Assembly (NCBI GenBank): GCA_951406725.2
Contig: OX597835.1
Coordinates: 44,206,001-44,270,000 of the forward strand
Source: Octopus vulgaris
Lineage: Eukaryota
Reading direction: 5' to 3'
Length of the DNA stretch: 64,000 bases
The translations under genes were made by a program, and so were the position numbers. Below are positions 14,066 to 28,585 of the stretch, in pieces (the stretch's first letter is position 1; every line of letters starts with the position of its first letter). The notes beneath the pieces are model-generated. The model was given only the letters and a program-made list of their open reading frames with translations, had not been told where the DNA came from and did no database searches.

Positions 14066-14455
14066 GGTGGCGATCTGGCTGAAACGTTAGCACGCCGGGC
14101 GAAATGCTTAGCAGTATTTCGTCTGCCGTTACGTTCTGAGTTCAAATTCCGTCGAGGTCGACTTTACCTTTCATCCTTTCAGGGTCTATAAATTAAGTAC
14201 CAGTTACGCACTGAAGTCGATGTAATCGACTTAATACCCATGTCTGTCCTTGTTTGTCCCCTCTATGTTTAGCCCCTTGTGGGTAATAAAGAAATAGGTA
14301 TTTCGTCTGTCTTTACGTTCAAATTCCGCCGAGGTCGACTTTATCTTTCATCCTTTCGGTGTCGATAAATTAAGTACCAGTTACGCACTTGGGTCGATCT
14401 AATCAACTGCCCCCCTCCTCCAAAATTTCGGCCTTGTGCCTAGAGGAGGAAAGAA
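14066..14455 (+). mobile_element. Dimeric tRNA-derived SINE (Meta-like domain)
   Basis: Head ggtggcgatctggctgaaacgttagcacgccgggcg; B-box-like gagttcaaattcc; two Meta-like blocks joined at aaagaaata|ggtatttcgtctg. Confidence 0.88.
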
Positions 14456-15133
14456 ACGTTAGATAGTTGATGTCTGAATAAAGGAAACTATCACGCTGGA
14501 ACCGTTTTGACTTTCGATGGACATCACAGGCATGGCCTTGGGCTAAATAGCCCAACTAACTCTACAGTCACTGCTACAGCAACCACAACTTTAACTAACA
14601 CGTCCATCGCCAGCATCCCTATCGGCAGTGGTCAAGCCATTTCCACCGCCACAAGCACAATAGCAAAAACTCAAACAACTTCAATCGATAACACTACCGC
14701 ATAAGATTTAACCACCATGATCGCCACGACCACCACGACCACCACGACCACCACGACCACCACCACCATAACCACGACGACGACGACCACCACCACCACC
14801 ACCACCACCATCACCAACACCACCACACACACACACATACACACACACACATATATATATGTATATCTATATGTATGTATATATGTATATTTATTTGCAT
14901 ATGAAATTGTATATACAAACACACATGTACACATATACATATATATTCACACACGCACAGACATACACAATATGTAAATGCATGTATGTGTGTGTGTGTG
15001 TTTGTGTTTGTGTGTGTGTGGTTTAAAACAGTTGTCTTCCGGTTCGTGGGCCTTCAATTTTCGCAAGTTATATATATATTCGCACACACATGCATACTTA
15101 CGTATATATGCATATAAAGACATACACATACAC

Positions 15134-15175
<42 letters not shown>

Positions 15176-15557
15176 TATATATATATGTATGTATGTATAT
15201 ACCCATGTGTGTACGAGCTAGTATGTGGAGATGCATGTTCCATGATTTGTCTGTGTGTAAGTATATATGCTCGTCTATGTGTGTATAAGTATGTATGTGT
15301 GTAACCGTATGTGTTCGATTTATAGGTGTGTATGATTGTGAAATTGTGACATACCTTACAAGGGCTTGCATGGAAAGTAAGTTCAAGTCTTGTGTGTGTG
15401 TACTGTGTCCATCGATGTTAGATCCTTTGTGTATGAGTAAATGTAGGACTATGCGGTGTGAAGCACGTACGTTCATTAGTTAACTCAAGGTATTCCGAAG
15501 TTTTTCATGTCCTAAGTAAAGATTCAATTATCGTAGAAGCAAATAGACAAGTCCTAT

Positions 15558-15640
<83 letters not shown>

Positions 15641-15845
15641 ACACACACACAGACACACACACATACACACACACACACATATCTTATATACAGACACAAA
15701 AATATAATTTACAGCAAACGCCCATTCGCAGACGTACAATTATGCACTACTTAAACACGTCCTTATAAGTACACACACACACACATATATATACTCATAT
15801 AATTTACATAATTCAATGTATGATACACATACTTACATACATACC

Positions 15846-15881
<36 letters not shown>

Positions 15882-15916
15882 AATATATATATATATTATA
15901 TGTATGTAAGTCAACC

Positions 15917-15950
<34 letters not shown>

Positions 15951-15954
15951 CAAC

Positions 15955-15995
<41 letters not shown>

Positions 15996-16121
15996 GATTA
16001 CATATTGGTGTTATCTTCCCATCTACCTGTCTATGTATCTGCATATGTATGTATCACTGTTTCTCTATCTCTCTATCAATCTGTCTCCTATATTATATAT
16101 ATAATTACATATATATAAATC

Positions 16122-16152
<31 letters not shown>

Positions 16153-16165
16153 CGTGTATATATAC

Positions 16166-16216
<51 letters not shown>

Positions 16217-16278
16217 TACGTATATGTGTGTGCATATACGTATATATAAATGGACACTCATACGCACATACACACGTG

Positions 16279-16309
<31 letters not shown>

Positions 16310-16675
16310 GTATATATACATATATATATATACACATATATATGTATGTATGCATATCGTATAGCATGTGTCACATGCCAACTTACACAAACATACACAC
16401 ATGTATTTGTGTGTGTATGTGTGTATGTGTGTGTGTGTGTATGCAGATGAATATATGTTCATGTCACTTTCTCTTGTTGTGTATATAGACACGTGACTTT
16501 CTCGATCGGCGGCTGGACTTGTGAATAATCTCAGATCGATCGATTACTTTCGGAAGGCTTCTTCCCATCTCTTTACTTTATTCGATATTCCTTCTCTTCA
16601 TTTATTTCGTATAAGCATTGGTCATCACCCTAACATACTTCTAATTCTCTCGCTGTCTGTTTCCCCCTCTTTTTC

Positions 16676-16895
16676 ACCAGCACCACCACCTCCACCACCA
16701 CCAACACCATCCACCACCACCACCACCACCACCACCACCACCACAACCACCAGCACCAGCACCAGCACCAGCACCAGCACCACCACAACCACCACCACCA
16801 CCACCACCACCAGCACCACCACCACCATCACCACAACCACCACCACTACCAGCACCAGCACCACCAGCACCACCAGCACCACCACCACCACCACC

Positions 16896-16926
<31 letters not shown>

Positions 16927-16931
16927 CCAGC

Positions 16932-16962
<31 letters not shown>

Positions 16963-17137
16963 CCACCAGCACCACCAGCACCACCAGCACCACCAGCACC
17001 ACCAGCACCACCACCACAACCACCACCAGCACCACCACCACCAGCACCACCACCACCACAACCACCACCACCACCACCACCACCACCACCACCACCACCA
17101 CCACCACCACCACCACCACCACCACTACCACCACCAG
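16676..17137. repeat. (ACC)n/(AGC) trinucleotide array
   Basis: Direct repeats; (GGT)n on the minus strand. Confidence 0.95.
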
Positions 17138-17459
17138 CAATAACAATAACATGAACATCAACACCATCTTCGCCATGGCTACGGTCATCACTGAGCAGAA
17201 AAAGAAAATTGTTTTCTCTTTCCTTTCCCTGCAATTTACGTGCGATTGCGGCCATTGTTGACAAGGATGTCAGCAAAGTCTGACGTGAGCATGCATATAT
17301 AAATATCCATCTATTTGTCTGTCCGTCCATGTATGTATGCATATATACACATGTATGTATTTAAACATGCATGTATGTATATATGTAGGTATTTATGCAT
17401 GTATGTATGTATGTATCTATGTATGTATGTATGTGTGTATGTATGTGTGTGCGTGTGTG

Positions 17460-17916
<457 letters not shown>

Positions 17917-18107
17917 GATCTCTCTTTCTGTGTTATGATATATATCACATATTGTATATGTCTTGTCCTTTTTTTTTTACTTGTTCAAGCCATTTTACCT
18001 CCGAACACAGGATATCAAGTCGTAGTTGTGGGGAAGGGGACAAATACAGTCACAGAGACATGAGCACATACTCACACACACACACACACACATATACATA
18101 CATACAT

Positions 18108-18270
18108 ACACGACGGGTTTTTTTCTGTTTCTGTCAACCAAATCCTCTCACAGGACTTTGGTTGACTCGAGGCTATAGTAGAAGATACCTAACCAAGTTG
18201 CCGTGTAGTGGGACTGAACCTTGAATCCTGTTTTTGTCAAGCAAGAGTCTTAGCGCAGTACCATGCCTAG
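18108..18270 (-). mobile_element. Decayed CORE-like SINE, 5' half
   Basis: gaggctatagtagaagatacc..gtagtgggactgaacc matches 20719-20770. Confidence 0.65.
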
Positions 18271-18983
18271 GTATATTTAGTTTGTGGTAGGTTTAAAATT
18301 TGCCTGAGATTCCTATTAATATTCCGTCACTCACATAACTACCACAAAATCGTCGATAGAAATGCGGATAAAGTTTAGCTATATTTGCTTCCCCAATATC
18401 GGGTAGCTTACATTCAACAACAATTAAACTACCGACATTAGGTATATCTCCGAAAGATCCTGTAATTGTGGGTCTCCGGACAGCTGTTTCCTGAACAATA
18501 GGTACCTGGAAAAAGAATTAGTGTACAATGCCAGCATTACGGAGTGGAACTGAACAGCAGAAATTACATGGGTATGAGATAAAATGCCTTTAAAGGAATA
18601 TGTACAGAGCTTTTCCTTTCGTTCAGAGATAAAAAGAAACGCAACACATCATTTCTATCCCGTATAGTAAGGGCACTTAAAGAGAGAGGCATGAGTAAAC
18701 CCCACAGGTAAGGCAAATAATTACAGGGAACAGGGCAGCAAATGAGATCTGTGCATCACTGAAAGTCTAAATATCATAACATCAACAGGAAACGTTTTAA
18801 CAATCAGAAATGCTTTTTCCCTGTCCCTGCTTTTACAAGCAGCAATTCATAGATCAAATTCTAAATCATGGGCCCCGTACACGTTGCAAACTTTCTAAAC
18901 TGGATAAGATGTTCTATCTGGACATCAATTATATACATTAAATAAACATTATGCATAAAATAAATATATCCTCGACAAATATA

Positions 18984-19413
18984 GGCGCAGGGGTGGCTGT
19001 GTGGTAAGTAGCTTGTCTAACCAACCACATGGTTCCGGGTTCAGTCCCACTGCGTGGCATCTTGGGCAAGTGTCTTCTGCTATAGCCCCGGGCCGACCAA
19101 TGCCTTCTGAGTGGATTTGGTAGAAGGAAACTGAAAGAAGCCCGTCGTATATATGTATATATATATGTGTGCGCGTGTGTGTTTGTGTGTCTGTGTTTGT
19201 CCCCCTAGCATTGCTTGACAACCGATGCTGGTGTGTTTACGTCCACGTCACTTAGCGGTTCGGCAAAAGGAGACCGATAGAATAAGTATTGGGCTTACAA
19301 AGAATAAGTCCCGGGGTCGATTTGCTCGACTAAAGGCGGTGCTCCAGCATGGCCGCAGTCAAATGACTGAAACAAGTAAAAGAGTAAAAAGAGTAAAAAG
19401 AGTAAAGAGTAAA
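18984..19413 (+). mobile_element. Full-length tRNA-derived SINE (CORE-like family)
   Basis: A-box tggctgtgtgg, B-box ggttcagtccc, CORE-like cttgggcaagtgtctt, central (TA)/(TG) stretch, (AAAGAGT)n tail. Confidence 0.9.
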
Positions 19414-19639
19414 CATAATATAAATTCCATCATTACACACATGTGTGTGCGTTAGGCATGTGACATCACATTGTTTACCGAATCCATATTTGCACAAACG
19501 TATGATTCCCAAACCCCATGAAACCCTGCTGTGTGACGTCAAAATATGCGGAACTCCTCAATTTTGTACAAACACTCAAACACAAATAAAATACATAAAC
19601 TAGCACGATCTCAGATTTTATCCTTTGCAAGCGGATGGA

Positions 19640-19942
19640 AACTCCCTTTTTCCGAACCGCCAGGTTACGGGGATGTAACCACACCAACATCGGTTGTGAA
19701 ACAATGGTGAAGTGACAAGCACAGATACGCACACAAATATATACATCCATCCATCCATGCATATTTATATGACGGGCTTCCTTCAGTTTCCGTCTACCAA
19801 ATCCACCCACAAGACTTTGGTCGGCCCGAGACTATAATACAAGACACTTGCTCAAGGTGCCAGGAAGTGGGACGGAACCCCGAAGCAGCTTCTTATTTCT
19901 TTACTGCCCACAAGCCTCTTACCACACAACCACTCCTGTGCC
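19640..19942 (-). mobile_element. Diverged CORE-like SINE
   Basis: Colinear with 20540-20822. Confidence 0.75.
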
Positions 19943-20010
19943 TATATATATATATATGTGTGTGCATGTGTGTCTGTGTATGTGTGTGTTTGTCTGTGTG
20001 TGTGTCTACA

Positions 20011-20073
<63 letters not shown>

Positions 20074-20092
20074 GTGTGTGTGGTGTGTGTAC

Positions 20093-20315
20093 TTGCAGCG
20101 TCGAAGACGTTTCTAAGCAACTAAAGAACACGCAAAAACCGTTGGATTCACTTCAAAATTTAAATATAATTTGCGTCAAAATATTTTCGCCGTTTCAAAC
20201 CGCAGCCTGTTCGCTGACAAAAAATCTTAAATGTGTTACAAACATCTTCCACGCAGCAATTGCTTTTGGTTCAGCACACGATCTCAGATCAAGTCACTTG
20301 CTATCCAAGTACATC
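20093..20315. mobile_element. Fold-back element, same family as 36257-36596, internally deleted
   Basis: Shares gattcacttcaa..caaaatattttcg..cctgttc.ctgacaaaaa and the inverted tail ..caagtcacttgc..agtacatctc. Confidence 0.75.
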
Positions 20316-20339
20316 TCTCTCTCTCTCTCTCTCTCCCTC

Positions 20340-20412
<73 letters not shown>

Positions 20413-20415
20413 TAT

Positions 20416-20822
20416 ACTCTTTTACTCTTTTACTTGTTTCAGTCATATGACTGCGGCCATGCTGGAGCACCGCCTTTAATCGAGCAACTCGACCCCGGGA
20501 CTTATTCTTTTGTAAGCCCAGTACTTATTCCATCGGTCTCTTTTGCCGAACCGCTAAGTAACGGGGACATAAACACACCAGCATCGTTTGTCAAGCAATG
20601 CTAGGGGGACAAACACAGACACACAAACACACACACGCATATATATATATACATATATACGACGGGCTTCTTTCAGTTTCCATCTACCAAATCCACTCAC
20701 AAGGCTTTGGTCGGCCCGAGGCTATAGTAGAAGACACTTGCCCAAGATGCCACGCAGTGGGACTGAACCCGGAATCGTGTGGTTGGTAAACAAGCTACTT
20801 ACCACACAGCCACTCCTGCGCC
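20416..20822 (-). mobile_element. Full-length CORE-like SINE
   Basis: Reverse complement of 18984-19413 with high similarity. Confidence 0.9.
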
Positions 20823-20854
<32 letters not shown>

Positions 20855-21171
20855 CACATATATAAATATATATAAGAGCTTGCTGCTTTCTAAAACAGCA
20901 AACTAGGGTTAAATGGAAGTTAAAGAGAGAGCAGGTTGAATAGTATGCATAAGTCAAGTTGTGTCGTTATGGGTTGAATTATTCAGTGCCTTGTCTGTAT
21001 ATGTTTACAACAAGCCTCGAGAAATATTTATATTTATTGAAAATCTCTGCTTTGACGTTTGGATTAGTTGATTTAAAAAAAAAAGACTTTTATACATTTA
21101 TTAAATTACATCTTATATAAACGTGTGTGCATACGTATAGAAGCTCTCACACGCACTTATATGTCTCTTTA

Positions 21172-21229
<58 letters not shown>

Positions 21230-22718
21230 CATATATATATATATATATACACACATTTATATATGTATATGAGTGTATGTGTGTGTGAGTGTGTGCATGC
21301 GTGTCCTATATTTACTTTATACTATATATATATATACTTATTATTGTATATATATGTATATTTATATATGAATACGTATACACACACACAGCATATATAC
21401 TATATATATACTATATATATATATATACATAATCGCACGTACACGTACATATTTAAATCTGATTATTGTTTTATTTATTGATTTTGTTGGTATCAGATCT
21501 TAAAAAGACGTTGACTATTTAAATGGTGACTCGTTGTGAAATAGTTTTCGAACAATCAGAAATACCGACCAACACTTATTCTATACTGAAATCACTAAGT
21601 ACAGAACTTCACATCGTTTTACACATTTTATTTATTCTTCATCATGCTTAATTATTAATTTCTAATCTAACCTAAATGTTACATACGAAATGGACGTCTT
21701 TGGTGTACAATGAAGGTAACGAACTTCCCCAAAGTAAAACGTGATGCTTGCTACGCAATCTTATATAAACAGGCCCAGGTTTTAGGGCGTAGGCGCAGCC
21801 GTGCTGCCGTCGGCGTGGCTTTGTGGTAAAAATTTTGCTCCCCAACCATTTCGTTCCGAATTCATTCACACTACATTTCACACTACGAAATTGTTACATC
21901 CACGTAACGGAGCAGCAAAGTCCCACGACTGAAAGATTTAAATGATAAAAGATAAAATAATTTTCAATACAACTTCAGTTAACTTCGTGTAAGTAAATTG
22001 ATTTAAACTTCGTTGGCGTGTTCGAAATACTCTTCTTTCAAATCATTGTTTAGCTAACAGAAAATATATCTCCTGCCCCAAAGAGGGCAGCAGTAATAAC
22101 TTTACGAATCTTACTGATTGCAAACAATAGTCTCACGTAGTTACCTCCACACAATATCGAATAAGAGACATTGTGAGAGTGTAGGCTGCTCTTTCGCGGA
22201 GTCCACTTATCCACAATGCTGCTCCGCAAGAGGTCACCATTATTCTTAAACGGGGAGGCTTTGGCAGGTGATGTTATAAATAGAAGCTGGCATTTGGCTC
22301 AGATTGGCTTGTGTTCTCGTACAGTAAACTCTCTTGTATCTAGAGGTCAATTCATGGTCAGACGCCAGGGTAAACGCTCGGTAGAAGATATCGACATTGA
22401 GTCTAGTGGCGGAGATTAACTAACCTAAAATAACTAATAGGTCGCAAGCAGAGAACAACAACGACAGTTTAAAGCATTCGCAGCTGGAGGTTCATATTTC
22501 CATTTTAATTTGTCTCTCTAACGCGGAGAAATATCGTGGTTTATATATTAGATAAATTACGTATATTTTAGACACCCTTTGGCCATAAATGGCAACGGGA
22601 TTGCACCGAGAAGGTTCCCCTCCAAGGCACACGTCCGGGCAAGTTTGTTGTTGAAAGACCAGCAGCTTCCCATGCATACTAGCCTCCCCTCTCCATGCCA
22701 CCGAAAACATGTATGTTA

Positions 22719-22749
<31 letters not shown>

Positions 22750-22794
22750 TGTATGTATGTATGTATATATATGTATATATATATATATATATAT

Positions 22795-22825
<31 letters not shown>

Positions 22826-23027
22826 TAGGGGAACCACATGTAGTCTTTGAAATTTATTTCTATTATCAATATCAATATTAAGACATTTAAATTTGTCAAC
22901 ATTCAAAATTTTAACGATGTCATTTTCTAATTTTAAACTTTTATCATTGATAAACAAACAAATATTGTCGAAACTACTTTGCTATATATGTGAATAAATG
23001 TATTTTAAACACCTACGAGTTTTTGAA

Positions 23028-23062
<35 letters not shown>

Positions 23063-23065
<3 letters not shown>

Positions 23066-23229
23066 TGGTAAAAACGGTAAGATGACAAAAGAAAGAAAGA
23101 GACCTTTATATTATGTAAATAGAAGAGATGCCCAGATAACCGAAGAGATGGTGTTGTGGATTTCCACCTCGGCATCCGAAACTCAGAGTTTTATCTTGGC
23201 TTTTGTATAATTGTCACATATTATTTTAC

Positions 23230-23232
<3 letters not shown>
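23063..23232 (+). mobile_element. Inverted tail plus hammerhead module between (TA)n tracts
   Basis: agataa-CCGAAGA-gatgg..gcatcc-GAAA-ctcagag-TT-ttatct (23134-23196); 23063-23125 is the reverse complement of the tail seen at 36105-36163. Confidence 0.7.
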
Positions 23233-23299
<67 letters not shown>

Positions 23300-23736
23300 A
23301 TACATACATATACATATATTCATGTGTGGGTGTAACATGTGTGTCTATGTGTGTGCAAACACACATAGACACACTCATACACACATGTATATGCTTTCAT
23401 ATACGAATATCCTTGGTATGTTTCTTGTATGAGTATTGGAATGTCCGAATTTCCAAGCACCATTCAATGTAAATATGTGTGATGTGTACAAACTTCCCTT
23501 AACCAAATGAGAACTCGCTCAGTTTAACTTTGCATGTAGCCTCTTGCGCTTATCATACAACACTTATCGTATGTTGTAAGTGTCACGTATTTGTAAAGAT
23601 GTGATTTCAATCACGCGCTGCATGGAAGTTTTAGAATTGGTTTATAGAGTGTTAACGCTGAATTTGACATATCCCTACTTTTAACCTCTCTGCATATATT
23701 TATATATATACGATCACACATATATTTCTATACAAG

Positions 23737-23774
<38 letters not shown>

Positions 23775-23805
23775 TAAATTTATATAGCTATGTATGAATG
23801 TATAC

Positions 23806-23852
<47 letters not shown>

Positions 23853-23951
23853 TAAATATACATGTATAATTATGTGTGTATTTGCGTGTATGGATGTGCA
23901 AATATTTATAAATGTATGCATATATATATATATGATCACACATATATTTCT

Positions 23952-24018
<67 letters not shown>

Positions 24019-24051
24019 TATACATAAATTTATATATTCTATGTATGAATG

Positions 24052-24118
<67 letters not shown>

Positions 24119-24143
24119 ATATATATATATATAATTTTAACTG

Positions 24144-24174
<31 letters not shown>

Positions 24175-24529
24175 ATATGCATATATGTGTGTGTATGCGT
24201 ATGTGTTTGTGCATATATGTATAAATGTATAAATGTATGTGTGTATGTATGTATACACGCAGAGAATAAGAGAGAGAATGGAGATGAGATATGACGCAAG
24301 AATGAAATTTGTGTGGGATGAGAGAGTAGAAGTGTGTCTGCGTGTGAAAGAACGAGAGTGAGTAACTGAGAGAGAAAGAGAGAAGAGATAGAGAGAGAAA
24401 GGGGAGCGAGAGAGGGACAGAAGGCGAGAGAGAGAGAGGAAGCAATAGAGAAAGTGAGAGAGCCAGAGTGAGAGAAATAATGAATGAATGTTGAAACATG
24501 TGAGAAAATGCACACACACACACGCCGAT

Positions 24530-24562
<33 letters not shown>

Positions 24563-25520
24563 TATATATATATATACATATATATACTACTTATATTCTT
24601 GCGTAAGTATATCTTACATTAAGAATAGTTCAATGATATCGTAGCCAAGTGGATACTGTATCGGTCAGCCGGCTGAGAGTGGAGCAGATTGTATGGCTTT
24701 GTATTGCATTACACACCTTATAAGATTCTTGTTGCACAAAAATAGTGTTTAGCACAAATCCAACGTCGTCAGAAATCCATTAACGCAATCAAACAGAAGT
24801 TCTTTACCGATTAAATAAAAAAAAAACGAAACAAAACGACATATATTATCTAGATATATACACACTTTTAATAAACTAGTAAATAATATCTCACAAACGG
24901 AAGAAAACTCAAAGCAACCGCTAGTATATTGAAATCAGTTATCGAGCAAACTTACAGTTATCGAGCTAAAATATACTGGATAATTGAAAGAAAATGCTTA
25001 AGAAGACGGAAAGACTTACAATACCTTCAAAGATCACATGTAAAATTTCACTGCGAAATCCTCAAGCAGGTTGATAAGAAGAACGGAAATTGTAGCGGTT
25101 ATAGTCAGAATAGGATTGTAAGCAATATCGTTGATATAATTATACAAACCATTAGTGTAAGCCATTGAAATAAGCGGAGTGTGTTACTTGACTGGTTTAG
25201 CATTAAGCCTCAACGATTTGTAAGGAAACATCATTTTATATTATTTTAAATTCTTTCATATATATATCGAGCTTGAATATTTGGATTATACTTTGCTTTG
25301 CCTAGAATTATTCTGATATTATTTGAATATTCAGGGATTAATTACGGGAATAGTTAACAGAAGGGGGAATAATCGTTTTTTCTAATATTCGGTTTGACTT
25401 TCAAGTTTAAGAGGAAGAAGATACTGAGAGTATACATATTTAAGGATATTCAAGCATCTGTACATACATGCACACACACACACACATACACACACACACA
25501 CACACATACGTATGTATATA

Positions 25521-26188
25521 GGCGTAGGAGTGGCTGTGTGGTAAGTAGCTTGGTTACCAACCACATGGTTCTGGGTTCAGTCCCACTGCGTGGCACCTTG
25601 GGTAAGTGTCTTCTACTATAGCCTCGGGCCGACCAAAGCCTTGTGAGTGGATTTGGTAGGCGGAAACGGAAAGAAACCCGTCGTATATATGTATATGTAT
25701 TTCTTTACTGCCCACAAGGGGCTAAACACAGAGGGGACAAACAAGGACAGACAAAGGGATTAAGTCGATTACATCGATCCCAGTGCGTAACTGGTACTTT
25801 ATTTATCGACCCCGAAAGGATGAAAGGCAAAGTCGACCTCGGCGGAATTTGAACTCAGAACGTAACGGCGGAGGAAATACGGCGACGCATTTCGCCCGGC
25901 GTGCTAACGTTTCTGCCAGGTCACCGCCGTCGTATATATGTATATATATATATGCGTGTGTGTGTTTGTGTGTCTGTATTTGTCCCCCTAGCATTGCTTG
26001 ACAACCGATGCTGGTGTGTTTATGTCCCCGTCACTTAGCGGTTCGGTAAAAAGAGACCGATAGATTAAGTACTGGGCTTACAAAAGAATAAGTCCCGGGG
26101 TCGAGTTGCTCGACTAAAAGGCAGTGCTCCAGCATGGCCGCAGTCAAATGACTGAAACAAGTAAAAGAGTAAAAGAGTAAAGAGAGTA
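25521..26188 (+). mobile_element. CORE-like SINE interrupted by a nested SINE
   Basis: Colinear with 18984-19413 on both sides of the insert. Confidence 0.9.
25698..25928 (-). mobile_element. Full-length Meta-like SINE monomer with a 17-bp TSD
   Basis: gtcgtatatatgtatat at 25680-25696 and 25929-25945. Confidence 0.9.
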
Positions 26189-26384
26189 TATATACTTTAG
26201 GCAATTACTAAATTCAACTGATAGGTTGTGATCAGACTAGGCACCCCAGCTCCTGTTGCTACAGGCTCCTTCCTTTTGTTGAATTTTCTGCTGCTTAAAT
26301 AAAGTATATTATATATATATATATATATATAAATATATATATATTAATATATATCTATATATATTTTAATATATGTATATAGTC

Positions 26385-26583
26385 AAATTAAAAAACAACA
26401 CAGAGAAAAAGAAAAAACAAATGAGAGTGTGAAAGTATCACAAACAATGTATTAATAAGACGCTCAGAGAAGGAAAAGAGTATTAGTTTTACGTTTCGAG
26501 CATAGCTCTTCTTTGGAAACGAGAAAAATATGAAAGTCCAAGACGAAGGAGGAAAAAGAGTCGGCAACAATCACGCACGGACT
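26385..26583 (-). mobile_element. Decayed hammerhead-containing module
   Basis: Minus strand 26486-26520 reads gttt-CCAAAGA-agagctatgctc-GAAA-cg-TA-aaac. Confidence 0.5.
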
Positions 26584-26734
26584 TACATGTACACACACAC
26601 ACACACACACACACGCACGCACACACGCATGCACATATGTATATATATATATATGCATACATACCTACTCATATACGCACACACACATATATATATACAT
26701 GTATGAATGCACATAAATGTATGTACGAATGCAT

Positions 26735-26790
<56 letters not shown>

Positions 26791-27605
26791 CTACAGACGC
26801 ACACACGCTCACACACACACGCATACGCATGCACACACACATATATATTACTATATACATGTATGTGTGTATGTAATCAAAAGAGGTGATGTCAAAACAA
26901 TAAACGATTATCTCACGAACTCCATCAGATTACAGCCGTTTCTGCTATGAGATGCAGTGATCCCACGACTGAATTCTCCAGTAATACCTTATGGCTTCAT
27001 CAGAGGCTCAAATATGAAATTCAGTCTATGAGGGAAAATAATTGCATTTATGCTTATATGTAAAATAAAGCATTACCGATGAAAAAGAAAGCACCATCGT
27101 GAGCGACGCCACCTAGGGGCTCGGCTCATATATAGAATATGAGTAGTTTTGAAATGTGTACGAGGGTAGTAATATCCTGATTTCGATAAAGGGTAATTAA
27201 ATATTGCATAAAAAATATAAGGGTAACACCTACGTATATACAGATGCACAAAATATACATACCGATAACACACACATATCTATATCAACACATACACACA
27301 CACTTACTTATACTAACACACGCATAGACATACATACATATAGATATGTATACATACATACACACACACACGCACACACACACACACATATATACATATA
27401 TATATATATGTATACATATACAAATATATATATATGCATACGTCTAAATGGACATATATATATAGACACACTCATATACATGTACATCCATATACATATA
27501 TATACTTATATACATATATGTATGCATACACATATACATAGACACTCATGTATATATATACACATACATGTATGTATGTACAGATAGATACACACACCCA
27601 TACAC

Positions 27606-27675
<70 letters not shown>

Positions 27676-28107
27676 GCATGCACGTATACTCGCGAAAACA
27701 CCTATATAATGAAAGGAAGAGAAAGGGAAAATAGAAGAGGAATAAGGAATGTGCGAAGAAGGGGAAAACAAAATCATTAAGAAGTTTAAGACTTTTCATG
27801 ATCAAAGGATTTGGCCAGAGGGAACGGCTGGGGTGGGGGAGGTCAGATGGAGGAAAAACCTGTGTGTGCGCACGCGCAAATGTGTTTCTGTGCGCACGTG
27901 TGGTTCTGGGTGTTTCTCTTTGATGAGTGTTGATAGTTGCGAAACCAGACAAGAACTAAAAACAACAAAAAGAATCTTACATGAACAACAGCCAGCTACC
28001 CATAAGAACCCAGAAAGCGTGTATATGTTGAAAAATTTAGACATATATATAGACATATATACGTGTATGCACAGGTATTTGAACACACACACAAATACAC
28101 ACATACA

Positions 28108-28146
<39 letters not shown>

Positions 28147-28329
28147 GTATATATATATATATATATAATATTCATATATTTATATAATATATATGCATAT
28201 ATACATAAATATATATAATATATATATACCTATATATAATATATACACATACACGTACATATATAAATATATAAACGACCGAGCAGACATAGACATCCTG
28301 TTTCAGAACCACCCTTATATACATACTTG

Positions 28330-28421
28330 ATTTGGGAAGACCTACACATCCTTTATTTTCTCTTCTTGTTTCTTTCTGTGTTCCATTCTGTGGAAGAGCG
28401 TAGGCTCGAAACGTTAAAGAC
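28330..28421 (+). mobile_element. Hammerhead-like fragment of the 9035-9545 family
   Basis: CTGTGGA-agagcgtaggctc-GAAA-cg-TT-aaagac. Confidence 0.6.
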
Positions 28422-28585
28422 CATCGTTGGTCGAAGAATTCGACATATTCTATCGGCATTATTTTGCCGAATCGTTAGGTTACAGGGACGTAAACACATC
28501 AACATCGGTTGTCAAGCGATACCTTGGGGACAAACACAGACACACAAACGTATATATATATATATATATATATTTATTTATATAT

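Noticed and set aside
16521-17261. Mucin-like poly-Thr/Ser ORF (246 aa)
   Set aside because: It is simply the (ACC)n array, open in several frames on both strands; no convincing signal peptide or splice context.
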